Below the pieces are notes generated by a model. It saw only the letters and a program-made list of their open reading frames with translations, was not told the origin of the DNA and ran no database searches. Position numbers and translations under genes: made by a program. Positions 1-12,312 of a stretch of DNA of 64,000 bases are shown piece by piece (position 1 is the first letter of the stretch; each line of letters opens with the position of its first letter). The stretch is from Paraspadella gotoi (taxonomy: Eukaryota > Animalia > Chaetognatha). The stretch is from the NCBI GenBank assembly GCA_051294375.1, contig CM119265.1, positions 15,166,963-15,230,962 on the forward strand, written 5' to 3'.

Positions 1-298
1 TTTCCCTTTCTCCCTCTTTTTTTTCTCTTTTCTTCTCACTTTTTTTTCTCGCTCGCGACTGTGAGAAATCGAGAGTCGGAGAGAAGTGAGAGAGGAGGAG
101 AGACTGATAGAGAGAGAGAGAGAAAGAGGGAGAGAGAGGGGAGGAGGAAGAAGAAAAAGAGAGAGAAATAGCGTCATGGAGACGAGACAAGAAACTCTCC
201 GTGAAAAATTAATCAGGTAAAAGTCCGACAAAGACGACTTAAAAAGTAGAAAAGAGAAGTGAAGGCTTTCGACTCTCGTGTCGATAAATTCTATTGGG

Positions 299-336
<38 letters not shown>

Positions 337-407
337 GAGTGTGAAGGAAAGCAAGAGAAAAAGAAAAAAAAAGCAAATGAAGGAAGGAAGGATTGAGAGA
401 AAATAAG

Positions 408-485
<78 letters not shown>

Positions 486-927
486 AAAGAAAAGAAAACG
501 GAGAGCGAGTGCTAGTAAGTTATACCGCAGAATAAGATTTTAGCGAAAATCCGATATTCGATGGACGAAACTGAAAAAAGAAAGTGAGTTTGAGAAAGGA
601 TGAGGTGAAGGAAGAGTCGACTGCATAGAAAATCGAATCGATAAAAAGAGTCTCAGCGTTGGAAAGTCGGGGGAATCCTCGTCGGCGCCTCTTTTAAACG
701 AAACAAATTGAAGGACATCTAGCGGACGCCGGCCGAAAAAAAAAAAGGATCGATATTATCGAGAGAGAGAGAGAGAGAAAAGTTTGCAATAATGATTTCG
801 AACAATCTAATGTCTCTGATGGGTAAATGGTTTTTCAAATTTATTCCATCATACACAACCAATCCTTTTAATGATGAAATTTCGAATGAGAATACCGTAA
901 TTTTTTTCCTTTTAACAGTCTCTCTCA

Positions 928-1030
<103 letters not shown>

Positions 1031-1410
1031 TCCCTTCCCTTTTTTTCTTCGAAATTTGGCCAATTTTTTCCCGCTTTTCTTAAGACGATTTTTCGTTCCT
1101 TTATCTCCTTTCCTTCCTCTTTCTTTCCTTCCTTCTTTTTCTTCTCCTATTTTCGTCTTATTGCCAATTTCCAGGCAGCTGACCGACTTTTTTCTTCCGA
1201 CTCCCAAATATAACATGGAAAGTTCAAGGCGAGTTTTATCTAAAAAAAACCTATTGCCGCTCATTGAATAATTAGATATTAAATCAAAGAACTTTAATTA
1301 TTTTTAACTTATATAAGCAACAGATTAACCTACTGAATCACTGATAGTTAATACGAAATTACGCTTCCCTCGCCCCATTAAACTCCGACCCACCCCCGCT
1401 CGTGACTGAC

Positions 1411-1514
1411 CTGGCCGTAGTTGAAGACTGAGCAGGCGAAAACGACTTTTTGCCCTTCGACGATGTTAGGGTGATCCGGATTGCAGTGGGGCACGCCGAT
1501 CACGTGAAGGTTCA
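1411..1514 (-). CDS. IgSF protein exon 4 (G strand of Ig1 and start of Ig2)
   Basis: Acceptor cccccgcctcttcaccag|, donor CAG|gtcagt; 104 nt, phase 1 to 0. Translates (L/V)NLHVIGVPHCNPDHPNIVEGQKVVFACSVFNYGQ: a G-strand, then the v-E-G-x-x-v-x-f-x-C start of a second Ig domain. No downstream exon was found in 1-1410. Confidence 0.85.
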
Positions 1515-2264
1515 CTGGTGAAGAGGCGGGGGTTTAGGGTGAAAGTGAGGCGTCACAAGGTAAACAAATACGGAAGTCGGCGGGGTCAGCGGAAACGGGT
1601 CGAGGAGCCGCGGGCGTTCTGTTTTGACTTGGCCGTCGCCCGGGTCGTTGTCGTCGTCGTCATTGGCGGCTTTTTAAGTCAGGATCTTACAAACATCCAA
1701 CTGATAATAATACAATATAATATAATAATAATACTCAACGGTAAATGCCAACGATCATTCGTTTCCATTTAAAAAAAAATGTTGCCCTTTAAAAAAACAT
1801 ACAAAAGCAAAACCAATTTTTAGCGAACTCAATGCCATCAGACTCAAGGCAACCTGTTACAGAATCACACTTCTTTCCTTGAATAACGAACTGATGCGGT
1901 TTATTTTTCCGTTCGAGTTAAGTTAATGTTACACGTCTTGGTCGTCGTCGTCGTCGTCGTCGTCGCTTAGGAGTAAAAAGAGATCAATTTCTGGACGAAA
2001 TTCGTGACGTTCTGAACAGAAAAGGATTAAATAATACACTTGAGGCGGACAATTCCCTTTGTGCACAGACTGACAAATAGCGAGATTGGCAAAGAGAGGA
2101 AGCGGGGGAAGTATGGGCTGGGTGTGGTGATGGGGTGGTATAAGAGAAAAGGGGATATTGTGAAAGAAAAAGAGAGCATGAAAAAAAAAAGCAAAGAGCA
2201 AAATTGGCACGAAGAGTGCAGGAAAAAAAAAGAGGAAACGCTGACCCGCAAAAGTAGGGAGGGG

Positions 2265-2297
<33 letters not shown>

Positions 2298-2690
2298 CTA
2301 TTCCAAAAGAAAAAGGATAAAAAAATAAAAAAAGACGACGAAAGAAAGAAAAAAAACTCGGAGAGAAGAAAAGCAGAGAGAAGCAGGGAAAAAAGCAATA
2401 TGGGAAAACATCAATTTATCGATAGAAGGGAGAAGAAAGGCGAAAAAAAATAGGCCGAAAAATTATAAAGAAATATGAATAAAAAAAAAGAAGAAAAAAA
2501 ACAGGAAACGAAAAAAAAAAAAGAAAATGGAGGAGGGAAGCCGGGCGAGGTGAAAAAGGAAAACTCCGTTTGATTTAAAGCGGTTGCTGATCGCTGAGAA
2601 ACTTTTTTTCCCTCTTTTTACGTCTTTCGGGGGAAAAAGGGTGCGAAAAAAGAAGAAAAAGGAAAGTAAGATGAGAAAGTATGAGAGAAA

Positions 2691-2920
2691 AAAAGGCTAA
2701 GCAACGTGTACAAAACGAATGAGCATTGAAAAAGGCTAAGGAACAAGTTAGAGATCGAATGAGAAATGAAAAAGGCTAAGGAACAAGTTAGAGAACGAAT
2801 GAGAAATGAAAAAGGCTAAGGAACAAGTTAGAGAACGAATGAGAAATGAAAAAGGCTAAGGAACAAGTTAGAGATCGAATGAGAAATGAAAAAGGCTAAG
2901 GAACCTACTAGAGAACGAAC
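2691..2920. repeat. 40-bp minisatellite, ~5.5 copies
   Basis: aaaggctaaggaacaagttagaga(a/t)cgaatgagaaatgaa recurs at 2731, 2771, 2811, 2851 and 2891, with a degenerate copy at 2692. Confidence 0.95.
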
Positions 2921-3509
2921 GATTTTAAAAATATGATACGGAACAAGTTATAGACTAAAAAGCGCACTAAATAATAGGCGTCGTGGAATTTGGAAATCTT
3001 CATTTCGGAATCTTCATGAAACTGAACGTCTCTACGTTTTGTGGTCGAAATGGAAAAGAATGAGTGGAGGGAGAAGGGAGGAAAATGACAGAGGAAGAGA
3101 GGTAGGGAATGGAAGGCAGGGAAGACGAGGAGGAGGAAGCAAGGAAAAGCAAGGAAGCTTGTGAGAGAACGGAAAAGGAAAGAAGAGAGAAAAGTAAGGT
3201 TGTGGGAGAAACAGGAAGGAGAATCGAAGGAGAGGGCGTACGAGTTTAGACTGGAGCGACGATGTCTCGTCCTCATCGACAGTCAAGCGACAGGAAGAAT
3301 CACAAAACGGAGTCGATTCGATCGAATAACAAACGAGAAGACATGGATAACAACAACGCAAATCCTCTGACTCTCAATTACGACTTCTTTCTTCCGCCCG
3401 AACTCGACAACGTAATTTCACTACGACGTGGATATAGAGGGTTACAACCGAGGAAATTAATGTTACCCACGGGGGGAAAAAAATTTAAAAAAATGTACCC
3501 CAATCTTAC

Positions 3510-3726
3510 ACCCACTACTACCATCGCCAGCGCCGGTTCCAACGCCCTCACCCGTGAGGATGTTTCCGCATTTATATCGTCCGGAATCCGCGTAAGAGAC
3601 GTTGTGAATGAAGATGGAATAAACGTTTCCCTTTTCGCGGAAACCGTATTTGCGTAGATCGACGCTTCCATCAAAGGGGCCTGACCCCATTGAGAGGAAG
3701 ATGGGGTCGAAGGGCGGCTCCAGCAC
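3510..3726 (-). CDS. IgSF protein exon 3 (Ig V-domain strands C'-F/G)
   Basis: Acceptor cccccttccag|GTG, phase 0. Translates VLEPPFDPIFLSMGSGPFDGSVDLRKYGFREKGNVYSIFIHNVSYADSGRYKCGNILTGEGVGTGAGDGSSG, with the canonical Y-s-l-x-I-x-x-v-x-x-x-D-x-G-x-Y-x-C motif. Donor T|gtaaga at 3509 (phase 1); an alternative phase-1 donor lies at 3521. Confidence 0.88.
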
Positions 3727-6700
3727 CTGGAAGGGGGGAGGTTTGAAGGGGGGAGGTGGCGAAAAAGAGAAGGTAGGGGGAAAGGGAATCGGTGACAATC
3801 GGAGGAAATGGTAAGGATTTAAAATTGAACGAGATAAATCTTGGAATTTAGATTTCAAGAAATAAAAAGACGAAGAAAATAACCAAAATTGAATGCGTTA
3901 ACAAAAATTAAAGTAACGCGTCGAATAAAACAAATTTTCGTTTAAAGGAACTAACAAATATATATACTTATATAATTACGACCACCCAGATGCACTAAGA
4001 TAATATGTACGTGGAATAATGGAAGCAAAGGTTGGGACAAAAAAAAGGTCTGTAGAAGCGACGGTCGTTTCAACGAAAATCGAGTTTAGTCTGTGGATCG
4101 GAACGAGCGGGCGAAGGTGGATGGAAGAAGTCTTGGGGGTTTGGGGGAGAAAGGTTTGAGGGGAGACTAGAACTAGGAACCTTGGTTCTGGGCAGGCAGT
4201 TAGAGAGAAGCGGGAAGGACGCTGGGAGGTAGCGAGATTTTAGGTTCGCGTTAAAGAACCAAGTGAGAAAGATCGAACATTCTTGGTAGACTTTTGCGCT
4301 GGGGTAGAATAAGGGATTTGGCGGATGGTTGAAGCCCCAAGTCCGCGCCGGAGAGTCATCAACATTTTTTGCGGGTTCGCGGGGTTGCGAAGGAAAGGCG
4401 CGCAATCTGTGCCGCAGCATCGATTCATGTCGCGACCATCGATAGCCGAACTTGAAAAACTGGTGGATACAAATGAGCGCCGTCGCGTCCCATTGTTGGA
4501 AGAGACAAACATTCCGTCTTTTCGTCGAAAACGACGCCGCTTAGTTGAGATGGAATCCGAATCCGCGCCCATTCGCGCCACCTGCGACGCCCGAAATCGT
4601 CCCACTTGAGGAGACAAACGCCGTCGTTTACGTTTCGTTCCGCGACGAATTTCGAGAGAGAAAAAATCAGGACGAATGGGCGCCGCGCGAAAAGAAGAAA
4701 TTGGGGCGCTCGTGGAAAAAAAAATAGCGCAGGACGCTTTGGCAGACGAACCGGCGTCGCTAGCGGCGTCGGTCTGGCGTCGCTTAAGACGCCGAGCTTC
4801 TATTTTCGTTGTTCCTTGTTCCATCCATCTTGACTTTGGAGCCGCGACAGCTTTGCCATCTTTCAGGGTTAGTTTTCCCTTTTAAGATGGGGCCCTTTCT
4901 CTCGCTCTCTTTCTCTCTTTCTCTCTCTCTTTTCTTTTCCTCTCTCTCTAACGTTCCAACCTCCCTTGTCTTTCACTTACTCTCCACTCCTCCTCCACAA
5001 AAACTCCGAAGAAGGCGAGAGGCGATTCGGAACTCGTCCAAAAATATTTGGAGCCAAAACGACTTTACTGTAGTTTCGAGTCTCCCGGGTCGATGGCGTC
5101 AGGTTTCCATCTCCGCCGCTTCGCGCGCCTCTGATGCTCGCGAAAGCTCCATTTTTCGCGGTTTTTTTTTCTCGATGTTTTCTGCTTCCTCACACTCTTT
5201 CTTCCCTCCCTTCTACGAACTTTCTTATTTTTATTTCTGTAGCTTGTTTTTCATTTAGTGATAGCGAGGCATACTATACCAACCCAATCCTACAACCACC
5301 GATTAAATTCGCCGGTAGCGCATTGACTTCAATAAACCTTCGTTGAAACGTCTTATATCAATGAAGTTATCTATAATGCAATCACTTACAATTCACGCGT
5401 ATCGATTTTCCTCTCAACGCCGTTTACACATACCCGTCAGCCAACCCTCCACTTCCTCCACCCTTCCAGCTTCGGCGGCGGCTGCGGCGGCCGCTTTCCT
5501 TTCTCCTCAATCATTTTTCTTAATATCAAACGAAATTTTCTCCTCGGTTTTCATCCTTTATGTCGACGCGGATATGACGAGGTGCGAAGAAAGCGGATTC
5601 TAGGCGCCGCGGAGCCAAGACTTCACGGAGCAAAGATTGAGGGTTGCAAATGAATTCGCGTCGAATTTGGTTCTGATTGCAAAGACGCGACTCTTCCAGG
5701 ATATATGTTGATGGATAAACAAAGTATATCAAGACAGGGCGTAGCACATATGCAGTTTCCCCATACGACAAAGGTTAGAAGATAAAAAAAACACAATAAA
5801 CCATTACTCCCCCCCACCAAAAAAAAAAGCGGGAAGTGATTCCAGTTTAAAATATGCGTCCTGTTAAAAGCCTTCAAGTCGCTATATGCACATATAATTT
5901 TTTCCAATTCGCTGGAATCATTGGTCAGATGGAAGGAATCAAACGGGCGATAGACGGAGTCTCATGGAAGAGCCCGACTCGTCAAACGAGCATCAACAGT
6001 CGGCAACAACCGATCATGGGACGGAACAAAACAAAATTCACGATCCATCGACCGTTAAGAGGAAGGGAAAGGGTGAGGGAACGAGGACGAATGAGACGGC
6101 CTTTTGTTTTTCGCAGTTTGAGTTCCTTGAATCGACACCAGATGGAATAAAGGATAAACAAAGGGCGATGAGGAGAAAGGGAAGGAAGCGAAAAGAAGAG
6201 AGGAGAAAAATCACGCGAAAAAAAAAAAAACCCGTGGTGAGGAAAAACAAAAAAAAACGATGATTAACTGATGTTTGTTTGCCTAGTTTGTTAAATTCTT
6301 GTTAAGAGTCTCTACGTTAGTAACAAAAGTTAAAATTTAAAATAAAATTGAAATTCAAAAGTGTTTAATCGTTTAAGTAAAAATCTAAATTAATCTATCG
6401 AATCGTTCGATTCCTTTCTGCAATTTTCTCATCTTTCTCAGCGTCGCACCTGCGCTTCAATCTGCCGCAACTCCTGCGCCAATGACCACGCTCACGACCT
6501 CGGGGCATCTGTCTCACGACGTTTGGGAGGTTCCGTCTTTTTTCAAAAAGGTGACGCTCCCATGCGGTCGCCTGCTTCACCATACGTGGGCTGCTCTTGT
6601 TTTCCTCACCTTTCAGACCGCGCATTAACTTACCCAGACCCTACTACTTCTTTCTCTCGCAATCCCCAACCCCAGCATCAGGTGCCCCCGGCCCTCGACG

Positions 6701-6864
6701 ACCACTAAATCTTGGACCGCGCATTTCGCGTCTCTTCGACCGGAAGTTTTTTCACGCGTGGAGGCGCTAAGCGCTTTCGAGAATGCGCGAGCGGACGGAC
6801 GAGAGACCGGTGGAGAATAAGGGGCGCGGCTGAGAAGAAAAGAGAAAGCCAGGGGATTAAAGAG

Positions 6865-6960
<96 letters not shown>

Positions 6961-8955
6961 GCTGCAGAAAGAAGGTGAATGTGTTAGGCAATGATAAATG
7001 TGAAAATGAGAAAAATAAGAAGTGAACAAAATTGGCAAAAGGTGAATTTTGGTTTCGGAAAACAAGAGAGAGGCGGTCAAGTTTTTAACTTCAAGGATAT
7101 AAACGTTTGGATCTCACGTGACAAGAAGTCCCTGTTTTTTTAAGGATTCTTAACAACAATTCTGAACGACAATTATGGGCAAGAATCAATTCCTCAGAAA
7201 TAAAATAAGTCAAACTATTTAAGTACATAAAATACTATAAACTTGTGATTGCTTCATTTTCAGAGTGAATTTGCGGCAAGAAATTCGGACAAATTGGCAA
7301 ACTGCCACCCTGCGCCTCGCGCCCAAGCAGGTTGTCAAACGAACTGTTATATACATGATGTTTAAAAAACTATCATTAATACACATGTCTCTAAAGTACA
7401 TATCGTCTGAAAAAAATGTTTTTTCAAATTCCGAAGATAAAAAAATGGGAAAGAAAATATTGTCGTCCAACTAGATGTGCGCAGAAACGAAGAAAAGGGA
7501 CGCATGACGGTCGAACGCCTCGGCCCGATAAATTTCTTCGAATGAGCGCACAATCGCCTCATCGCTCGATTCGGCCGTAGATTCTTCGCTCCATCGAACA
7601 TCCTCTTTTCGTACAACCGACTTAACGACGCCCTAGCCGACGTTCGCCGCCGACGGCACACAGAGCTCCTTTCTTCTCTTGTCGTTGCACCTTGCGGCTT
7701 CTGTCTATCCGTCTGTCCGTCCGTCTCTCTCCCCCTATCTCCCACTTTCTTCCTCCCTCTCTTCTCCCCCCTTCTTCTCTTCCTTAGTCCTCCCCCCTCA
7801 ATCGCCAACCCCGCAAATCATGAGAATTAATCATGGAATCCCAGCGCCGTCCTGACATCTGATGGATCCCCCGAGAACCCTTGAAACAATCCAACGCCAT
7901 CGTCTCTCTTTCTCTTTCTCTCTCCGTCTCTCTTTTTCTCTTTCTCTCGTTCTCTCGATCTTTCTCAAACTCGGCTCCGTCTCCCTTCTCGCTCTCGCTC
8001 TTTGCCTCTTGGGCGGCTTAAAACTTCCTTTCCGTTTCGTTACAATCTCATTAATTATTCAATCGGCGCGATTAACCCTCCAAAATTGTCGCCCGAATTC
8101 GGCCTTTTGTTCGGCACCCGCTGATTGAATTCGAAAAGAAACGATTAAAGCGCCGCCGCCGCCGCCGGAAGAAGTAGAGTCGCTGCTGCGTCGCGGTCGA
8201 AACCGCCGCTGCGGCCGACGTTCGGTCCGCATGGGGCGCTCTGGGGCTCGCTCAACTCTCGCCGGATCTTCACAGAGTTCTTTTAGACTCAGTTGTGGCA
8301 CAATTCTAACTTCATGCATCTTTACAAGAACAGCTTCTGATTTACAAACAATGGGTCCATTGGGTAATACTACATATATCGTCTACAAGAAAAAGCTTAA
8401 AATAAAACAGCTTGGTTGGAAGACGTTTTGTAAGCCTCGTTGTACGTATCATTTGGATTAATATCCTTAGTGAAAATTTTTAAAAAACATAAATTGAATT
8501 TGGTTTTCGGCTGCAATCGTCGCCAAGAGGACTGGGTTAACATTGCTCCCTCTGCTGACGCAGATGTCGTTAGTCAAGGGAGCGACCGTTAAGTTTAATT
8601 GAGTGTGAGGAGTCAAATCGCGTCGAGGTTTTAATCTGAGACGAAAATCTAAATTGAAAGACGGACAGACAAAAGTTTGTCGATGCGTTTTTGGACCTTT
8701 CAGCTTCAAGTGGCTATGAGCGAATGGAATAAGGTGGCCGCTTCGGTTTTCAATCTTTCGTAAACAAAACAAAAAATTATCGAAATATAATATTAAACAA
8801 AATGATATAAGCTAAGAAACTTTTGGTACAACATGCTAAAACTTAGACGTACACCATTTGAATGAGAAAAAAAAAAACTAAAAACCTCACCGTTCATATA
8901 ATGAAAAGGAAACAGTCGAAAAAAAAAAATAGTTGCGGCGAAGAGTAAGACTGAC

Positions 8956-9020
8956 CTTGACCCAAACGGCCGGCGCGAAGGATTCGCAGTCGAAATGGAG
9001 GCTCCGAGTCCCGACCGGAA
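8956..9020 (-). CDS. IgSF protein exon 2 (Ig V-domain strands A'-C)
   Basis: Acceptor ttttctcccatttcag|, donor AAG|gtcagt; 65 nt, phase 1 to 0. Translates (V)PVGTRSLHFDCESFAPAVWVK, containing the B-strand Cys and C-strand Trp of an Ig fold. Phases match both neighbouring exons. Confidence 0.85.
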
Positions 9021-9348
9021 CTGAAATGGGAGAAAATGCAAATCGGAGGAGGAAATGGGGGGGGGGAGGAATTGAGGGGGGAGTAGGTTGGGTGAGAGGG
9101 GGGAAAGGGGTTTTGAGAGGGGGGTGGCGAGAGAGAATCAGGTTTTTTTTTTTCGGTTTTGCGTTTGGGCGATCGATGGAGAGTTATTATTAATAATATT
9201 ATGTTTTTCATGCCTCATGTTTACAATACATGTAAAGATTTTGATATTAATATATTTTAATTATGTTTTGTACGCAAGAAATAATTGTGAAGAAGAGCCA
9301 TTTGCCTTTAATTACCCAACTATGTCGACAAAGCTATGGCCTCAAAGA

Positions 9349-9670
9349 AACCGTCAAAAATTTCGGCAAAATTGTATCAATAACCTCGACGAAACATCGT
9401 AAAAAACTACGACGAAACAGCGTCACAAACTTAAATAAAACAGCGTCAATAAAATCGACGAAACATAGTCCAAAACTAAGATTAAACCGCGTCAAAAAAT
9501 ACGACGAATCAGTATCAATAACCTCGACGAAACAGCGTCAAAACTAAAACAAAAAAGCGTTAAAAACTAAGAGGAAACAGTGTCAATAACATCGTCGAAA
9601 CAGCGTCAAAACTAAGATAAAACAGCGTTAAAAACTACGAGGAAACAGTGTCAATAACCTCGACGAAACA
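9349..9670. repeat. Degenerate minisatellite (~21-22-bp subunits)
   Basis: Recurrent cgacgaaacagcgtc / aataacctcgacgaaaca / aaaactaag blocks. Confidence 0.85.
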
Positions 9671-10496
9671 CCAACGCTTCTCCCTTAACGCCTCAATTCT
9701 CCCGGATACTTTTTTTCTTCATCTTTCCATCGTAGATATTTTTCCATTTTTTTCTCTCACCCACGCCTTTCCTCCACTCGAAAATGGAAACATTAAGGGG
9801 AGAGAGAAAAATAATAATGAATTCTAATTCCGAAACAAACCCCCCGGAGAAAAAAAGAAGGGAGAGGGTACACATGGCGAGAGCAAAGGGAGAGCGCGGA
9901 GTCGAGGCAGGAAATGGCGCTCCATTCAGACGCTGAGAGAGACCGACTCAGAAACTTCCGGCGAAGAAAAAAAAAAGTCTGGCGAAAGCATTTCGCGAGA
10001 CGTCGTCGTCGTCGTCGTCGTCGTCGAGCGATTTACATTTTTTTTCGGGTTTTTTAAAAATCCATTTCCCGGCGATATGAAGGAGGGGGAGGCCGGGAAG
10101 TTGGTGGGGGGGGGTTTAGATAATGAACACGATGACGTGCGTTCATAATGAAGACGGCGTAAGGGAAACGAGAAAAAAAGACGACGACGATGACGGCGAA
10201 AAAGTGGGCAACGTCGAACCGTGACGGTTTTTGACGATGATTTGGACTTTGAAACGTCGACGACGACGACAAAATCGACGACGACGACGACGACGTCGGT
10301 CCATCGCGACGAAGCCATTATTTTCCGGGTCATTTAGAATACGAAATTAAATCCCCTTTAAAACTGTTTAAAAAAACGTCCAGGGGTAATTAAACGGAGA
10401 AAATAAAGCGACCAGAACGAAGAGCCGCCACATCGACCACGACGACGACAACGACGTCGTGGAAAACCGTGATCGTTATGCCACCTCCTCTCTCTC

Positions 10497-10530
<34 letters not shown>

Positions 10531-12312
10531 CAACTTAATGACTCCGATTTTTTCTTTTTTTTTCTTTTTTTTCTATCATCATCTTCCTCTTTTCTTTATT
10601 TCACTAAACTTTGTTTTAAATCTATTTTTTTCTCCTTTTCTCTTTTCCTCTTCCTCTTCCTCCTCCCCACCATTTTCTTTAACCTTCTTCTTATTTTCAT
10701 CTTTCCCCTTTTTTTTTAGCCAAAAAAGAAAATTTCCATTTTCTTTGTGAAATTTTACACCACAAGGAATATTTTAAACATTCCTTATTGGTACCATGAA
10801 AATTTCTCAACTCCTCATTAATTCACGGTTAGCGACCCTGGTTCTATTTTTATTTTACCGGTTCTCGGATTGATTTATTCACTTACTGTATTCTCCTATC
10901 TTTTTTCTATATCGTTTTGTTTGTTTTTGTTTTCCTCCTCATCCGCCGAGCGGCGCCGATCCGACATCACGGGGGAAATTTATTTACATTTAAACGCGGG
11001 CTTTCCACCTGAAGTGGAAGGGAAATCGAGACTCCTGCTTCTAATATCCTTATTTACGACATAGACATCGCGACGACAACGATGACGACGACGAAGGCGA
11101 CGACAAATTCGATCTTGTCCGCGCGTCATCCACTGACGCAGACTCATGGGCAATTCGCGATAAATTTAGAAAGACTTTCCCATTTTAAACTGAACCGTTG
11201 AGTTCGTCGCAGCCTTCGTTGTCGCGTTCAGTCGCGCTGTCTTCTGGACTCAAACAGCAACTGAATCGAAAAAAAAAAAAAAGTACTCAGTTTCGACGCT
11301 TCGGAAAAAAAGGGGGAGGAAGATAATGACGAAGATAACGAGGATAACAACAACAATAACGATGTTATGTTGACGACAACAGAATTGGAAGGGACAGCAA
11401 CGACGTCGTCGGAATGACTACGACAACAACAACAAACAAACGAACCGCGACGACGATGACGACGATATTCACGACGACGAGAGGCGACGTTATCGACTGC
11501 GAATGAGGAAGATGACGCAAACAATGACGTCGCTTCAAAACAAACAAATCAACAACTCGACGTTTCTTCGAAATCGACATTTCTGAGATTTTTACAAAGT
11601 CGAGTTGAATTCAATTTTTCAACAAAAAAAAAAAAACAAAAACCCAAAAAACCGCAGGTCAAAGTCAGCGAGAAAAGCTGAATAAACGAATTCTGGAAAA
11701 TATTCAGACCGCGGGACTAAATCTTTGGCTTATACTTTCTGGCGCCATAGTTTTTTTTTTATTGTTTTTTATTTGAATTTTTATTTTTTTCACTTTTTTT
11801 TCTTGGCTCTCAAATAATCTCGTTTGAATTTTCTTTTTTCTTTCTTTCTTCGCCATGGATATTTCTTGGTAAAACTATAAAAAATAACCAAGACAAAAAT
11901 ATCTTATAAAGAGTCTTATCTTATAAATAGTCATGATTGAAAGCTTGCAGGGACCTGTTATGTCATGTAAGAGTGATGGAGGCCTTAAACCACCAAAGCC
12001 TGTCCAAAGTCAGGGGCAAGATAGCTTATTTATCAAATGAATGGATAATTTTTATATTGGTTGTACCAATTTCATATAAACGATCGATTATTTCATCTTT
12101 AATGGCGCTACTGCGGTTTAAACCAANNNNNNNNNNCCAACAGACTTCACGAGCGGCTTAGCAAATAATTCATATGGGGGTCAACCTTTTTGAAACAGAC
12201 AAATAGTTGCTATATTTCACGATCATAGTAACCAACTATCTGCGAGGAATCATTCTAAACAATTGAAGCGCCTGAAAAGATTGCCACCGTCTCTCCAAAC
12301 GATCGTACTCAC

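Noticed and set aside
176-216. Possible plus-strand first exon METRQETLREKLI-AG|gtaaaa
   Set aside because: Short, weak donor, no downstream partner exon, and antisense within the presumed IgSF intron.
2691-2920. Regular 40-bp repeats as a CRISPR array
   Set aside because: No unique spacers and a eukaryotic context; this is a plain minisatellite.
3262-3657. 131-aa plus-strand ORF
   Set aside because: Largely the antisense shadow of Ig exon 3; no motif of its own.
6633-6829. Candidate Ig exon (VVVEGRG...RVW|gtaagt)
   Set aside because: Lacks the B-strand Cys, and its acceptor phase (2) does not match exon 1. Exon 8956-9020 fits fully.
8467-8772. ORF containing LNLTVAP...VSRGSNV, superficially Ig-like
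   Set aside because: No Cys/Trp core, no compatible donor, and it would interrupt the V-domain.
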